Below are positions 34,902 through 44,253 of a stretch of 49,117 nucleotides of DNA, piece after piece. A model generated the notes under the pieces. It searched no databases. It was not told where the DNA came from and saw only the letters and a program-made list of their open reading frames with translations. This stretch comes from Candidatus Micrarchaeota archaeon. Lineage in GTDB: Archaea; Micrarchaeota; Micrarchaeia; Micrarchaeales; CABMGC01. The number at the start of each line of letters is the position of its first letter. Position 1 is the stretch's first letter. Where the stretch lies: positions 1 through 49,117 of the forward strand of contig JAGDXZ010000013.1 in NCBI GenBank assembly GCA_023270015.1, read 5' to 3'. Made by a program: the position numbers and the translations under genes.

Positions 34902-35828
34902 ATGCGTAGTAAAGGCTTCGCGTACTTTGTTGCAATCTTGACCACGCTGCTTTACAGCGCTTGGTACATAAGCATGAGCTTTCTTGCTAACGCTTATACC
35001 GGCACCTACACTCCTATTTTCGTGTTGCTGGCCATGTTTCTTGTCTTGCTCGCCCTTAGATTTTTACTCAGCCGCAACAGGCTTCATCTTTACTATCTTA
35101 CAGACATACTCTATCCTGCTCTAGCTGGCCTTTTCTTTGCAATAGGCAACTATCTGTTTTACATTGTAATTTTTCAACAAGGAGTGCAGTTTGCAAGCTC
35201 CTTTGGCTCAGCCGAGATTGTGTTTTTTGTCCTCTTTCTGTGGATCGCAGGCAAACAGAAAACAAGAATGGGCTATTATTTGCTTGGTTCTGTGCTTATT
35301 GCAGTAGGCCTTATAGCAGAATCTGCAATACTAAATGACATATCGATAGGCATCAACGTGCCTCTGCTAGAGTATGGAATTCTAATTGCATTTATCTACG
35401 GCTTAGCAACCTACTTCTACTATCTTTCAACAAAAAAGATTGAGAGCATATGGGGCACAGTCTTCTACATAACTTTGTTTGAGGTTGCTGTATACGCAGT
35501 GCTGTTTTCCCTCTTCTACAAATATATAACGCTTCCTGCCATAAACCTTACCTTCATTATCCTTCTTCTCTCAGCTTCGCTTCTTCTCTTTATAGCATTC
35601 GTTGTCGAGACTTGGATGATGAAGCTGCTCGAGCCATTTGGAGAAGGAACCACAGCAACAGGCTACATTCTCAGCGACCTTGAGCTTCTGCCAGTAATGC
35701 TCTACGCCATTTACAAAGATCCTGCTACTTGGCTTTCCTTTGTGCCTGGGATGATATTGATAACATTAGGTATGCTGTTGTTAGACTGGCAGAAGGGAAG
35801 CAAGGAAATAGCCCAGCCAAGCAGCTGA
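34902..35828 (+). CDS. Polytopic membrane protein (about 10 TM, DMT/EamA-like topology)
   Basis: Ten hydrophobic segments in two halves. No diagnostic motif recognised. Confidence 0.55.
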   Translation: MRSKGFAYFVAILTTLLYSAWYISMSFLANAYTGTYTPIFVLLAMFLVLLALRFLLSRNRLHLYYLTDILYPALAGLFFAIGNYLFYIVIFQQGVQFASSFGSAEIVFFVLFLWIAGKQKTRMGYYLLGSVLIAVGLIAESAILNDISIGINVPLLEYGILIAFIYGLATYFYYLSTKKIESIWGTVFYITLFEVAVYAVLFSLFYKYITLPAINLTFIILLLSASLLLFIAFVVETWMMKLLEPFGEGTTATGYILSDLELLPVMLYAIYKDPATWLSFVPGMILITLGMLLLDWQKGSKEIAQPSS

Positions 35829-35906
35829 TTTCAATTTTTTAGAGACTTTTGTTGTAGCGAAAGCCTATTTAATTTTCTCTGCCAAACTTTTTACATCGTG
35901 ATTTTA

Positions 35907-36323
35907 ATGGCTGACTACAACACTACCCACAAGTCCGTGAAAGAGCTGCGAGAAGGAAGCTATATAGTAATAGACAACGAACCGTGCAAGATAGTCGAGA
36001 TGGAATTTTCATCTCCTGGCAAGCATGGTTCTGCAAAAGCGAGAATAACAGGCATAGGCGTATTTGACGGCCAGAAGCGAACGCTTCTCGAGCCTGCAGA
36101 TGCGGATGTTGAAGTACCAGAAATACTGAAGAAAAGAGCCCAGGTAGTAGCAGTTACCCAAACCGGTGTCCAGCTTATGGATCTAGATACTTATGAAATC
36201 TTTGAGACTACTATTGGCAACGACGAAGAGCTCAAAAACAACATAAAACCTGGCCAAGAGGTAGAAGTGCTTGAAAGCATGGGTAGGCGCATAATAACCA
36301 GAATTTTGGGTGGTGCAAAATGA
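35907..36323 (+). CDS. eif5a: Translation initiation factor 5A (aIF5A)
   Basis: Hypusination loop SSPGKHGSAKA. The ATG at 35907 (MADYN) is favoured over the GTG at 35898. Confidence 0.9.
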   Translation: MADYNTTHKSVKELREGSYIVIDNEPCKIVEMEFSSPGKHGSAKARITGIGVFDGQKRTLLEPADADVEVPEILKKRAQVVAVTQTGVQLMDLDTYEIFETTIGNDEELKNNIKPGQEVEVLESMGRRIITRILGGAK

Positions 36324-36655
36324 CAGATGTCAAGATTGTGGAGGATAGAGCAAATCCTCTTTTGAGAAGAAGAGAGCTTAGATGTGAAATAGCATACGAT
36401 GGCCCAACCCCTTCAAGGGCGGAGGTCAAGGCAGCAATAGTAAAGGCGCTTGGAAGCAATCCTGAGACCACTGTAGTAATGGAGATTAGGCAGAACTTTG
36501 GAGCAAGGGTAAGCGATGCAATAGTGCACATATACGATTCAAAAGAAGCCATGGATATTGTGCCTTCATACATCATAAACAGAGAGACGAAGAAGGAAAA
36601 GCAGGAAGAGAAAAAGGAAGCTCCTAAGCAGCAGGAGGCTGCAAAAGAGCAGTAA
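36320..36655 (+). CDS. rps24e: 30S ribosomal protein S24e
   Basis: NPLLRRRELRCEIAY...TPSRAEVK pattern. 4-nt overlap with aIF5A. Confidence 0.9.
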   Translation: MTDVKIVEDRANPLLRRRELRCEIAYDGPTPSRAEVKAAIVKALGSNPETTVVMEIRQNFGARVSDAIVHIYDSKEAMDIVPSYIINRETKKEKQEEKKEAPKQQEAAKEQ

Positions 36656-36671
36656 TGCTTAGGTTGATTTT

Positions 36672-36824
36672 ATGGCAAACGAGCAAAAAGAAAAGCAGGT
36701 AGAGTTTAAGTACAAACCAGCTGTGAAGTTTTGTCCAAAATGCGGGTCAAGGATGGGCGAGCATGCTGACAGGTTTGTTTGCGGGAAATGCGGCTACACA
36801 GAGTGGAAAACGAACAAGGCGTGA
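36672..36824 (+). CDS. rps27ae: 30S ribosomal protein S27ae (zinc ribbon), 50 aa; absent from the supplied ORF track
   Basis: Hand translation gives [50 protein letters not shown]. It has a CPKCG...CGKCG ribbon and sits in the classic position after S24e. Confidence 0.85.
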   Translation: MANEQKEKQVEFKYKPAVKFCPKCGSRMGEHADRFVCGKCGYTEWKTNKA

Positions 36825-37528
36825 AGTTGGTGGCACGGGGAAGAAAAGCAGTTGAGAAGGCTAGAAGGCGTGAAAACAAAAGGGAGCAAACAAAGCTTGC
36901 TCTCGAATTTGCGGTTTTGTTCTTTGGAATAATGATTCTTCTCCAGCTTCCGGTAGCATTCCTATATGATGCCGGTCTAATACAAAGCCCATTGTACTGG
37001 TCAAGTGCAATGCTTTCAATAAGCTTTCCTGTTTCTGTATTTGTTTATCTTCTTGCCGTAAAAAAGCTAGATGCTCACAAGGCTATAGCTGAGCTGGGGC
37101 TCACTAGAGACAGGTTGAGTGCAAGAATCTTGGCTATGGGCTTGCTCCTTTTTGCAATAATCTTTCTGATGGAGGCAGCAATAGCGCTGGTAGAACAGAT
37201 AACGGGGATAAGGATAAGCACGCACGTTTCTTTGCTCCTTCAAGGAGCGCCGTTGTGGTTCTATGTCTTTGCAGTATTTGTCGCGCCGTTGAATGAGGAG
37301 ATAATGTTCAGAGGATTCTTTGTACCTAGGCTCGGAATAGTGCTTAGCGCGCTTCTTTTTGCAATTCCCCACCTTACCTATGCATCCACCTATGAAATAG
37401 AGGCAATTGCAGCATTTGTTTTCGGTCTGCTTGCTGGGTATGTGTTCAAGAAGACAAAATCGCTTTATGCCACAATAATCGCACATGCTTTGGTTAACGC
37501 AATAGCTGTCGTGGGCTTCCTGGTGTAG
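36779..37528 (+). CDS. CPBP family intramembrane metalloprotease (CAAX protease/Abi-like)
   Basis: Motifs [13 protein letters not shown] and HALVN. The listed start overlaps S27ae, so the real start is probably at or after 36821. Confidence 0.75.
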   Translation: MREMRLHRVENEQGVKLVARGRKAVEKARRRENKREQTKLALEFAVLFFGIMILLQLPVAFLYDAGLIQSPLYWSSAMLSISFPVSVFVYLLAVKKLDAHKAIAELGLTRDRLSARILAMGLLLFAIIFLMEAAIALVEQITGIRISTHVSLLLQGAPLWFYVFAVFVAPLNEEIMFRGFFVPRLGIVLSALLFAIPHLTYASTYEIEAIAAFVFGLLAGYVFKKTKSLYATIIAHALVNAIAVVGFLV

Positions 37529-37531
37529 CAA

Positions 37532-38212
37532 ATGCTGAAGCTCATAGTGCAAGAGCCTAAATACCAGATAAACATAGGCTATGTGGCTAGAGTAGCTAAG
37601 AATTTTGGCCTTAAGCAAATTTGCTTTGTAAAGCCAAGAACTAAGCTTCTAGGTGTTACTGCGATAAAGTTTGCAAAGCATGCAAGGAGTCTGCTCGAGC
37701 ATGCAAAGGTCTATTCCTCTTTGCAGGAAGCCGTAAAAGGCTGCGACATGATTATAGGCACTACTGGAGTATGGGAAAAGGCCAAGTCTCATGGGAAAAA
37801 TGTAATGACCATAGATCGCCTCGCCAAAGAGCTTTCAAAACGAAGACATCGTTGCGTAGCGTTGATACTAGGCAGAGATGACATTGGCATGAGCAAAGAA
37901 GAGCTTGCAAGCTGCGATGCTGTTGCATATATACCTGCTAATCCAAAGTACCCTGTTCTAAACATCTCTCATGCCCTAGCGGTCATGCTTTATGAGCTTA
38001 GCAAAGCCCGCCTCACAAATATTTACCAGATAAGCAAGGACTTGCCAACGCGAAAAGAGCTAGACCTACTTTTCAGAGAGTTTGAAAAGATGGTAAGTGG
38101 CAAAGAAAACATTAGAAACAAGAATGAGGTAAGCAGGGTGTTTCGAAACCTAGTACTAAACGCAAGATTAAGCAAAAAAGAGGTCCACGCCCTTATAACG
38201 GCGCTTAAATAA
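37532..38212 (+). CDS. SpoU/TrmH family RNA 2'-O-methyltransferase (TrmJ-like)
   Basis: NIGYVARVAKNFG, LGRDDIGMSKEEL..CD..AYIP and LNISHALAVMLYE motifs. Confidence 0.8.
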   Translation: MLKLIVQEPKYQINIGYVARVAKNFGLKQICFVKPRTKLLGVTAIKFAKHARSLLEHAKVYSSLQEAVKGCDMIIGTTGVWEKAKSHGKNVMTIDRLAKELSKRRHRCVALILGRDDIGMSKEELASCDAVAYIPANPKYPVLNISHALAVMLYELSKARLTNIYQISKDLPTRKELDLLFREFEKMVSGKENIRNKNEVSRVFRNLVLNARLSKKEVHALITALK

Positions 38213-38215
38213 AAT

Positions 38216-38593
38216 TCACTGCTCTGCCTTCTTCCTCTTTATTATTTTTACCTTTTGTGGTGTTACCAGAATCCTGTTCTCGTCTATTTGGGCTATGTCG
38301 CCGTTTATGCTGGCCACGTAGTTCTTCAATGCAGTTATTACATTGTTCCTTGTGGTAGGTCTCTTCGCAAGCTCCTCGATGTTCGCCAGTATTATGTTTT
38401 TCTTCTGCAACTCCTCCTCCACCAGCTTCACGTCGTCTTCGCTTACAATCGATACTGGCTTGACGTACATGTCTGCAGGCTCGTGCAGCACATCCACGTC
38501 CTCCATCTCAGCTGCGTTCATGTACTCTTCTATGTTTATGCCTTTAGAAGAAGACACTCCAAAGGCTTGGCCTAACTTATCAAAAACTCCCAT
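38216..38593 (-). CDS. sepF: Cell division protein SepF (archaeal FtsZ anchor)
   Basis: About 125 aa. N-terminal amphipathic MGVFDKLGQAFG. The core YVKPVSIVSEDDVKLVEEELQKKNIILANIEEL...INGDIAQIDENRILVTP fits the SepF fold pattern. Confidence 0.75.
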   Translation of the reverse strand: MGVFDKLGQAFGVSSSKGINIEEYMNAAEMEDVDVLHEPADMYVKPVSIVSEDDVKLVEEELQKKNIILANIEELAKRPTTRNNVITALKNYVASINGDIAQIDENRILVTPQKVKIIKRKKAEQ

Positions 38594-38677
38594 TTTCTCA
38601 CCGATCGCCTAATCTTTCTTTTCAAGATATATTTTTAATACTTTCCTTCGAAACGCATTTACATTACAACACTGAAG

Positions 38678-40798
38678 TTATATCGACATTGCCTGCTCCA
38701 GTATTTTCTTTGCAAGCTCTTTGCCGAATAAGCTCTCAACCTTCTTCTCGTTCTCTTGGATTCTCAAGTCTGCGACTTTCCTTATGCCATTATTGTACAT
38801 GAGCCTGGCGCGCACTCTGCCAACTTGCTCCAGCCTTACAAGGTCGAACAGCTCGCTCTTTATTCCGTACTTGACCCTTACCCTCATTTCGTGAAGCTTT
38901 GCCACGCGTACGCCTATAAGCTTTGCAAGCTCTATGCTTGAGTAGAGAAGCCAGTCGGCATTCGTTATTTTGGTGAAAAGGCTCCCTGGGGTAGTGTCAT
39001 ATTTCTCGATTATCTCCCGCTCAGGCATCTCTTCGCACCAATCTCTTAGCATTAGCGCCGTGCTCATGGGCTTTACAGGGTCATAGAATGGCATTTCCTG
39101 CTCGAAGTTTATGTTCGCTTTTCTGAGGAGAGGAATATAGTCAACAAACGCCTCTTCAGCTTCTTCGGTGGCTTTTGCATAAGGCCTCATCTCCAGCGTG
39201 TTTGAAATGGCAAACAATATGCCAAGATCGTCTTGCACATGCGGCAATGTGTCTATAAGCCACTTGGCTGTGAGAGGGTCTATGTATAGCTCGCTTACTC
39301 TCTTGCCTATCCTTGTTGCCTCATATGCGCTGCCTCTACTCCTTACAAAACCCCACTCTTCCAGCGTGTCGACGAGCGTGCTCGTCATGTCGTAAAGCAA
39401 ACCGTGGTTGCCGAACTGGAAGCCGTAGAATGTGCTTGACAGAAACTCTGCTATTGATTCCTTTGTGCGGAACATCTCGGTGGCGATAAAAGCAAGCACA
39501 TGGGTTCTTAGCACAGGCAAAGCTCCTAGCTTAGATGATATCGGGTCAAGTGGCGCGTTTATGTACCTTTCGAAGAGGTCGCTTATCTCATATTTGCTCC
39601 TTGCTATGAGCAAGGCCCTTCCTTCAGTATCATAAGCTGGCCTGCCGGCCCTTCCGAAAAGTTGCACTACCTCGTTTACGCCGAGCTTGCTCGCGCCCTC
39701 TTCCTCGCTGTACCTGCTTGTATCCCTTACTACTACCGTGTGGGCAGGCAGGTTTACTCCAAGACCGAGCGTAGTAGTGGAGCATATTGCCTTTATCAAA
39801 TTGGCCTTGAATGCCTGCTCGACCTCATGCCTCTGCTCGTTTACAAGCCCGCTGTGGTGAAATGCGACGCCGCGCTTTACCAAGCTTGCAAGCTTTTCGC
39901 ATTGAGCAGTAGGCCTGCTTAGCGCATGCAGTATTTTTTCACTCACCTTTTCAAGCTCTTTCTTCTCAGCATCTGTAAGCGTAGGCTCCACTATGCTTGC
40001 CAGCTTTTCCGCGCCGCTTTCAGCATACTTCTTAGTCGCATAGAAAATCAAAAGCTGCTTTTTCATAGCTAGAGTGTCTTCTGCGATGCGATGCTCAGGT
40101 ATCTTGCTGTTTCCAGCTAGCGCCTCCTCCCTGTTGTCGGAGAAATAGGCCTTGCCCATATATGCCACGCCCTTTTCAAGCTTTACAGGCCTGTAGTCGC
40201 TTTCGACAAGTTTAGCATAGAACCATCTTGCAAGCTCATCTGCATTGCCTATCGTTGCGCTGAGCGCTATGAACTGGGCATGCCTGCACAAGTACTTGAG
40301 CTTTGTTATCAAGACATCAAGCGTAGGCCCTCTCGACGGGTCGTCGAGCATGTGGACTTCGTCAAACACTATAACGCCTACTTTGTCAAGCCAGTCTATG
40401 CCGTGCCTTATCAAGCTGTCAAGCTTCTCAGTGGAGACAAAAATTATGTCGTAATTTGCAAGCCAGGGGTCTAGTGAATCAAGGTCGCCTATCGATATCG
40501 CAACCTTAAGGAAAGGATAAGCATTCTTTATCTCCTCATATTTCTCGCTTACGAGTGCGCGCATGGGCGCCACATAAATTGCCTTCTTGAAGTCGTGCAA
40601 GACCGCTCTGATCATTGCCATCTCTGCAATGAAGGTCTTGCCACTAGCAGTAGGCGAAGCAACAACCATGTTGTTGCCGAAAATAAGGCCCTTCTTGATG
40701 GCTTCTTCCTGCGGAGGAGTAAGCTTCAAGATGCCGCGCGCCCTGGCTGCCTCTACTACCTCCTTTGGTAGCATGCTTTGTATCTCGCTAAGCTCCAT
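38678..40798 (-). CDS. hel308: Ski2-like DNA helicase Hel308
   Basis: Walker A SPTASGKT, DEVH box, SAT, and HHSGL...VNLPA...QLFGRAGRP motifs. The start is set at the ATG at 40798 (MELSEIQ) rather than the TTG at 40819. Confidence 0.9.
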   Translation of the reverse strand: MELSEIQSMLPKEVVEAARARGILKLTPPQEEAIKKGLIFGNNMVVASPTASGKTFIAEMAMIRAVLHDFKKAIYVAPMRALVSEKYEEIKNAYPFLKVAISIGDLDSLDPWLANYDIIFVSTEKLDSLIRHGIDWLDKVGVIVFDEVHMLDDPSRGPTLDVLITKLKYLCRHAQFIALSATIGNADELARWFYAKLVESDYRPVKLEKGVAYMGKAYFSDNREEALAGNSKIPEHRIAEDTLAMKKQLLIFYATKKYAESGAEKLASIVEPTLTDAEKKELEKVSEKILHALSRPTAQCEKLASLVKRGVAFHHSGLVNEQRHEVEQAFKANLIKAICSTTTLGLGVNLPAHTVVVRDTSRYSEEEGASKLGVNEVVQLFGRAGRPAYDTEGRALLIARSKYEISDLFERYINAPLDPISSKLGALPVLRTHVLAFIATEMFRTKESIAEFLSSTFYGFQFGNHGLLYDMTSTLVDTLEEWGFVRSRGSAYEATRIGKRVSELYIDPLTAKWLIDTLPHVQDDLGILFAISNTLEMRPYAKATEEAEEAFVDYIPLLRKANINFEQEMPFYDPVKPMSTALMLRDWCEEMPEREIIEKYDTTPGSLFTKITNADWLLYSSIELAKLIGVRVAKLHEMRVRVKYGIKSELFDLVRLEQVGRVRARLMYNNGIRKVADLRIQENEKKVESLFGKELAKKILEQAMSI

Positions 40799-40943
40799 GT
40801 AGCATAAATATTGCAACAAAACTATTTTAGACTTGCATTGTTGGCATGCAATATTGGCATGTAGATTGGTTTGGTTTCGAACTACGCTTGCGCTCGTAGG
40901 CGAAAGGCAGTGCTTATTTATTTTGCTTTTCCCAAGCTATTTT

Positions 40944-41750
40944 ATGGAAACCAAAGGAACATGGGTGGAATACGAGCAAGACGAATACACTGACGCTATG
41001 GACTTATTGGTGTCGCTCGGCATAGAGCCGAGCAGCGATAAGGTAAAGGATATAATAGAAGCTGCAAATGGGAAATATGATGAAGAAAGGTCATTTAGGG
41101 CCGCAGTTCCGGAAATAATGGTTCTCAAGGCGCAGATTGTTGAAGACGCAATAAACATTATAAGATTTATCGGGGAAGAGCCGAGCATAGGAAAGGTAAA
41201 GAAGATACTTAACATAGTAGACGCCAAAACAAACAAAGAACTGATAAAGATCATACTTCCCCAATATGAAAAAGATTTCAAGAAATACCTAGAAGTAGAG
41301 CTCGATAGGCTTGACGCAGTTTTAAAAGCTGATAAAACGTTGCAAAGGGAAATTGTCAGTGCGCAAGGCGTCAAAAAAGCAGAAGAGGACTCTGTCGAGC
41401 TTAGCGACGGCGAACTGCGCAACGTTGAAATGAGATTTTTGACTGGCATGTCAGTCGTAAAGCTGGCTAGCGATACCGGGGATTCTTCTATTGAGCGCAT
41501 TGAGAGCATTGCGCGCGGGCTAAATATCAATATTACCAAGGATGAGATAGAAGCAACGATGAATTACTTGGATTTAATAGACACGATTGAAGCGCTAAAT
41601 TATGCGCTTGATATTCTTAAAAAGCTAGGCCAGAAGCCAAGCGTGGAAGCCATGCTGAAGATTGTGCGCGCGGCAGGTGTGGAGCCTGGCGAAGAATTCG
41701 CCCCTATAGCTGCCGAGGTGATCGAGGCGGCTAACACCAAACATGGCTAA
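40944..41750 (+). CDS. Acidic protein built of four ribosomal stalk P1 N-terminal-domain-like repeats
   Basis: Start at METKG, with a TATA-like CTTATTTATTTT about 30 nt upstream. Repeat units are AMDLLVSLGIEPSSDKVKDIIEAANGK, AINIIRFIGEEPSIGKVKKILNIVDAK, VVKLASDTGDSSIERIESIARGLNINI and LNYALDILKKLGQKPSVEAMLKIVRAAGVEPGEE. Confidence 0.6.
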   Translation: METKGTWVEYEQDEYTDAMDLLVSLGIEPSSDKVKDIIEAANGKYDEERSFRAAVPEIMVLKAQIVEDAINIIRFIGEEPSIGKVKKILNIVDAKTNKELIKIILPQYEKDFKKYLEVELDRLDAVLKADKTLQREIVSAQGVKKAEEDSVELSDGELRNVEMRFLTGMSVVKLASDTGDSSIERIESIARGLNINITKDEIEATMNYLDLIDTIEALNYALDILKKLGQKPSVEAMLKIVRAAGVEPGEEFAPIAAEVIEAANTKHG

Positions 41751-41877
41751 CGCCAAACATAATAGTTAAACCGTCGCAATAGCTGTGCAAGCACGTTCTT
41801 CCCAAAGATCTATTCGGAGGTTTGCCAACAAATGGCAAAGGTTTTTAAACCAAAAAGAGAAAGAGGTACGTGGTCAA

Positions 41878-42528
41878 ATGGGCTACGGAGCTGATTTGAG
41901 AAGGGCATGGAATCTGCTTTGGAATCCTGGCAAGGAGAGCAAGGCGAGCATGAACATCAGCAAGGCTCTGAAGTTCTATTATGAAATAGGAGTGCTCGGC
42001 ATGGTGCTGTATTGGATTGTAGGTACGCTTCTTATAGGGGCAGGCTTGACAATAGGTTCTTATTATTTGCCAATGATGCCTTATAAGCCCTTAATATCTT
42101 ATATTGTGTTTCCTCTGCTTGTCTTTTCTGGAATTTTTTATTTCCTAATCCTGATTCCAATAGGCATAGCAATAGACGCCCTTCTTTACCATATTGTTGG
42201 TAAATACCTGTTGAATGCTTGGAACGGGAATTATGACAGAACCTTTGCCGCAGTGACCTTCAGCGAAATGCCGATGGTATTGTTCTTCTGGCTTGTGCTA
42301 ATACCCTTCGTAAGAATATTGGTCGCAATTTTTGCATTCTGGCAAGTGGTAATATTGATAATCGCTTTGGCAACGCAGCAGAAAACAACTAGGACAAACG
42401 CGTTCACTGCGATCTTAGCGACTTTAATTCTCGCGCTGTTATTCGCTTTTATGGTAATGGCTTTCGCAGTGCCTTATTTCCTGCCATACCGCCTGTACCA
42501 TATTTCCAGTTTTGGTTATCCGGTGTGA
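41878..42528 (+). CDS. Membrane protein (5 TM, Yip1-like topology), unknown function
   Basis: The ATG at 41878 (MGYGADL) has a TATA-like TTTTTAAACC about 30 nt upstream. Hydrophobic segments follow. Confidence 0.55.
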   Translation: MGYGADLRRAWNLLWNPGKESKASMNISKALKFYYEIGVLGMVLYWIVGTLLIGAGLTIGSYYLPMMPYKPLISYIVFPLLVFSGIFYFLILIPIGIAIDALLYHIVGKYLLNAWNGNYDRTFAAVTFSEMPMVLFFWLVLIPFVRILVAIFAFWQVVILIIALATQQKTTRTNAFTAILATLILALLFAFMVMAFAVPYFLPYRLYHISSFGYPV

Positions 42529-42667
42529 ATGGCTAGCAAGCGGCGAGCCCTGCTCTTTTATGTTGACACAGTGGCAGAGTACTGTCAACTTTGCGGTGGC
42601 GGTTGTTGATTTATTGCCTTTCTAGTTTCCTGCTGCGTTCTACTCAAATTTCACAGCCTTTAAATAG

Positions 42668-43453
42668 TCATCCTCCTCCGCTTGAATAGTGTTTCATGAT
42701 CGCGTAAAAGAGCTTGTAGCTTATTGCGCCCACCAGAACAGACAACACTATCACTATTGCGATGGCTCCTGGGCTTATCTTGCCGAAGATCATGCCTGCA
42801 GGATAGTATGTGGCTATGCCTATTGGTACTACTACTGTGAACAGCAGAGAAAATACTGGTCCGTAGATGTTTATTGGGTAGCTTGCAGCAGTTGAAAGAA
42901 AGCCAAGGAAGTTATTCATAAAGCTGCTGCTTTTGAATAGAAGATAGGTAAGCGCTGTTAGCATAAGCACAAACAGCAGGAGCGCAAATGTGCCTATTCC
43001 AAAAACAGCCAAATAAACAAGCACGCTCTCCAGTGGGAGTCGCAGCTTGATTGCAGAATAGGCAAATACCAACAGACCGCTTACAAAGCCTGATATCTCT
43101 GTTGTTCCCCCGCTAGTTGAAAGCATTATTGTTACAAGGCCGTAGGGCTTCGAAAAAAGGCCGTCGTAACCTCCATTTCTCATTTTGTTTACTACCATCC
43201 TGCTCTCTATGTGGTAATAAATTGCTCCAAGCACCATTGTTGCAGCAGCGGAGAGCAGAAGCATCTGGTAGTAGCTCCAACCAGCTATGCCAGAAGATAC
43301 AGTGTATATAACTGTGATTGCTATTACGGCGTATATCTCAGAAAAGGTGCTGTATATCAGCCAGAGCACAAAGGAGAATCTGTATGAAATGGCTGTTTTC
43401 CAGGCCAAATACTGGCTTGCAAGATAAAACCTAATAGAATCTGCTATGCCCAT
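42668..43453 (-). CDS. ABC-2 family transporter permease
   Basis: Six TM segments. Third gene of an ATPase-permease-permease operon; abuts the previous gene with no gap. Confidence 0.7.
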   Translation of the reverse strand: MGIADSIRFYLASQYLAWKTAISYRFSFVLWLIYSTFSEIYAVIAITVIYTVSSGIAGWSYYQMLLLSAAATMVLGAIYYHIESRMVVNKMRNGGYDGLFSKPYGLVTIMLSTSGGTTEISGFVSGLLVFAYSAIKLRLPLESVLVYLAVFGIGTFALLLFVLMLTALTYLLFKSSSFMNNFLGFLSTAASYPINIYGPVFSLLFTVVVPIGIATYYPAGMIFGKISPGAIAIVIVLSVLVGAISYKLFYAIMKHYSSGGG

Positions 43454-44251
43454 TCAACCACGTGCCGAAGCTATGAGCTTTCTTGCCCTATTCCATGCAA
43501 CGGTAGCAATGCCGAGCAGTACGACAAGCCAAACAGTGCTTATTCCTATGCTAAACAAGATAGTGCTATTGCTTATCGTTCCGAGGAAGGTTGCCGCGGG
43601 CACATAAAGGACAATTGCGAAAGGAAGCATCAAGAGCATGTGCTGAATCGTTGCAGGGAAAAAGTTCAGGGGCATAACTCCTCCACCGAGCAGGAGGACG
43701 ATAAGCCACGTTATATTTATTAGGCTTGATATATAAACGAACTTAAGCGACATCGTGCCTATTAGAAAACCTATGACGCTGATTATGGCATAAGCAAGCA
43801 AAACCTCTATTACGAAAGCGGCTATTGAGAAAGCGCTCAGCATCGCGTGCGAAATGGCAAGTGCAAAAATAAGTATGGGTATTCCGGTAAGCAAAATGCT
43901 GAGAAGGTCTTCTCCGAAACCCATGAAAAAAAGCTGTAGCGGAAAATTCACTGGCCTAGTGTAGTTCACGGCTATGTTTCCGTCTAATACCAAGTCTTCC
44001 ATTTCATAGGGTAGGTTCATGTTCATAAGGCTTCTTAACGCATAAACTACCAGAAAATAAAGGTAGATGTCTGGCAGCGTGAAGCCCCTTATGCTGCTTA
44101 CTTTGGTGCCAAGGTATATTGCAGTCCAGATAAATATCAGAAGCAATACTTGGAGAAACTTGAAGAACAAGTTGAGCAAGTAGTCTGCCTTGTAGGCAAG
44201 GTCTGCCTTTATGCTCATTTCTATGGCTCCTAGATAGCTGCCCACGTTCAT
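43454..44251 (-). CDS. ABC-2 family transporter permease
   Basis: Six TM segments, directly after the ATPase gene. Confidence 0.7.
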   Translation of the reverse strand: MNVGSYLGAIEMSIKADLAYKADYLLNLFFKFLQVLLLIFIWTAIYLGTKVSSIRGFTLPDIYLYFLVVYALRSLMNMNLPYEMEDLVLDGNIAVNYTRPVNFPLQLFFMGFGEDLLSILLTGIPILIFALAISHAMLSAFSIAAFVIEVLLAYAIISVIGFLIGTMSLKFVYISSLINITWLIVLLLGGGVMPLNFFPATIQHMLLMLPFAIVLYVPAATFLGTISNSTILFSIGISTVWLVVLLGIATVAWNRARKLIASARG

Positions 44252-44253
44252 GC

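Noticed and set aside
42562-42589. Hairpin GTTGACA-(14 nt)-TGTCAAC between convergent genes; considered as a terminator or small RNA
   Set aside because: The stem is only 7 bp with a large loop and no adjacent T-tract, in a 139-nt spacer. That is too weak to call.
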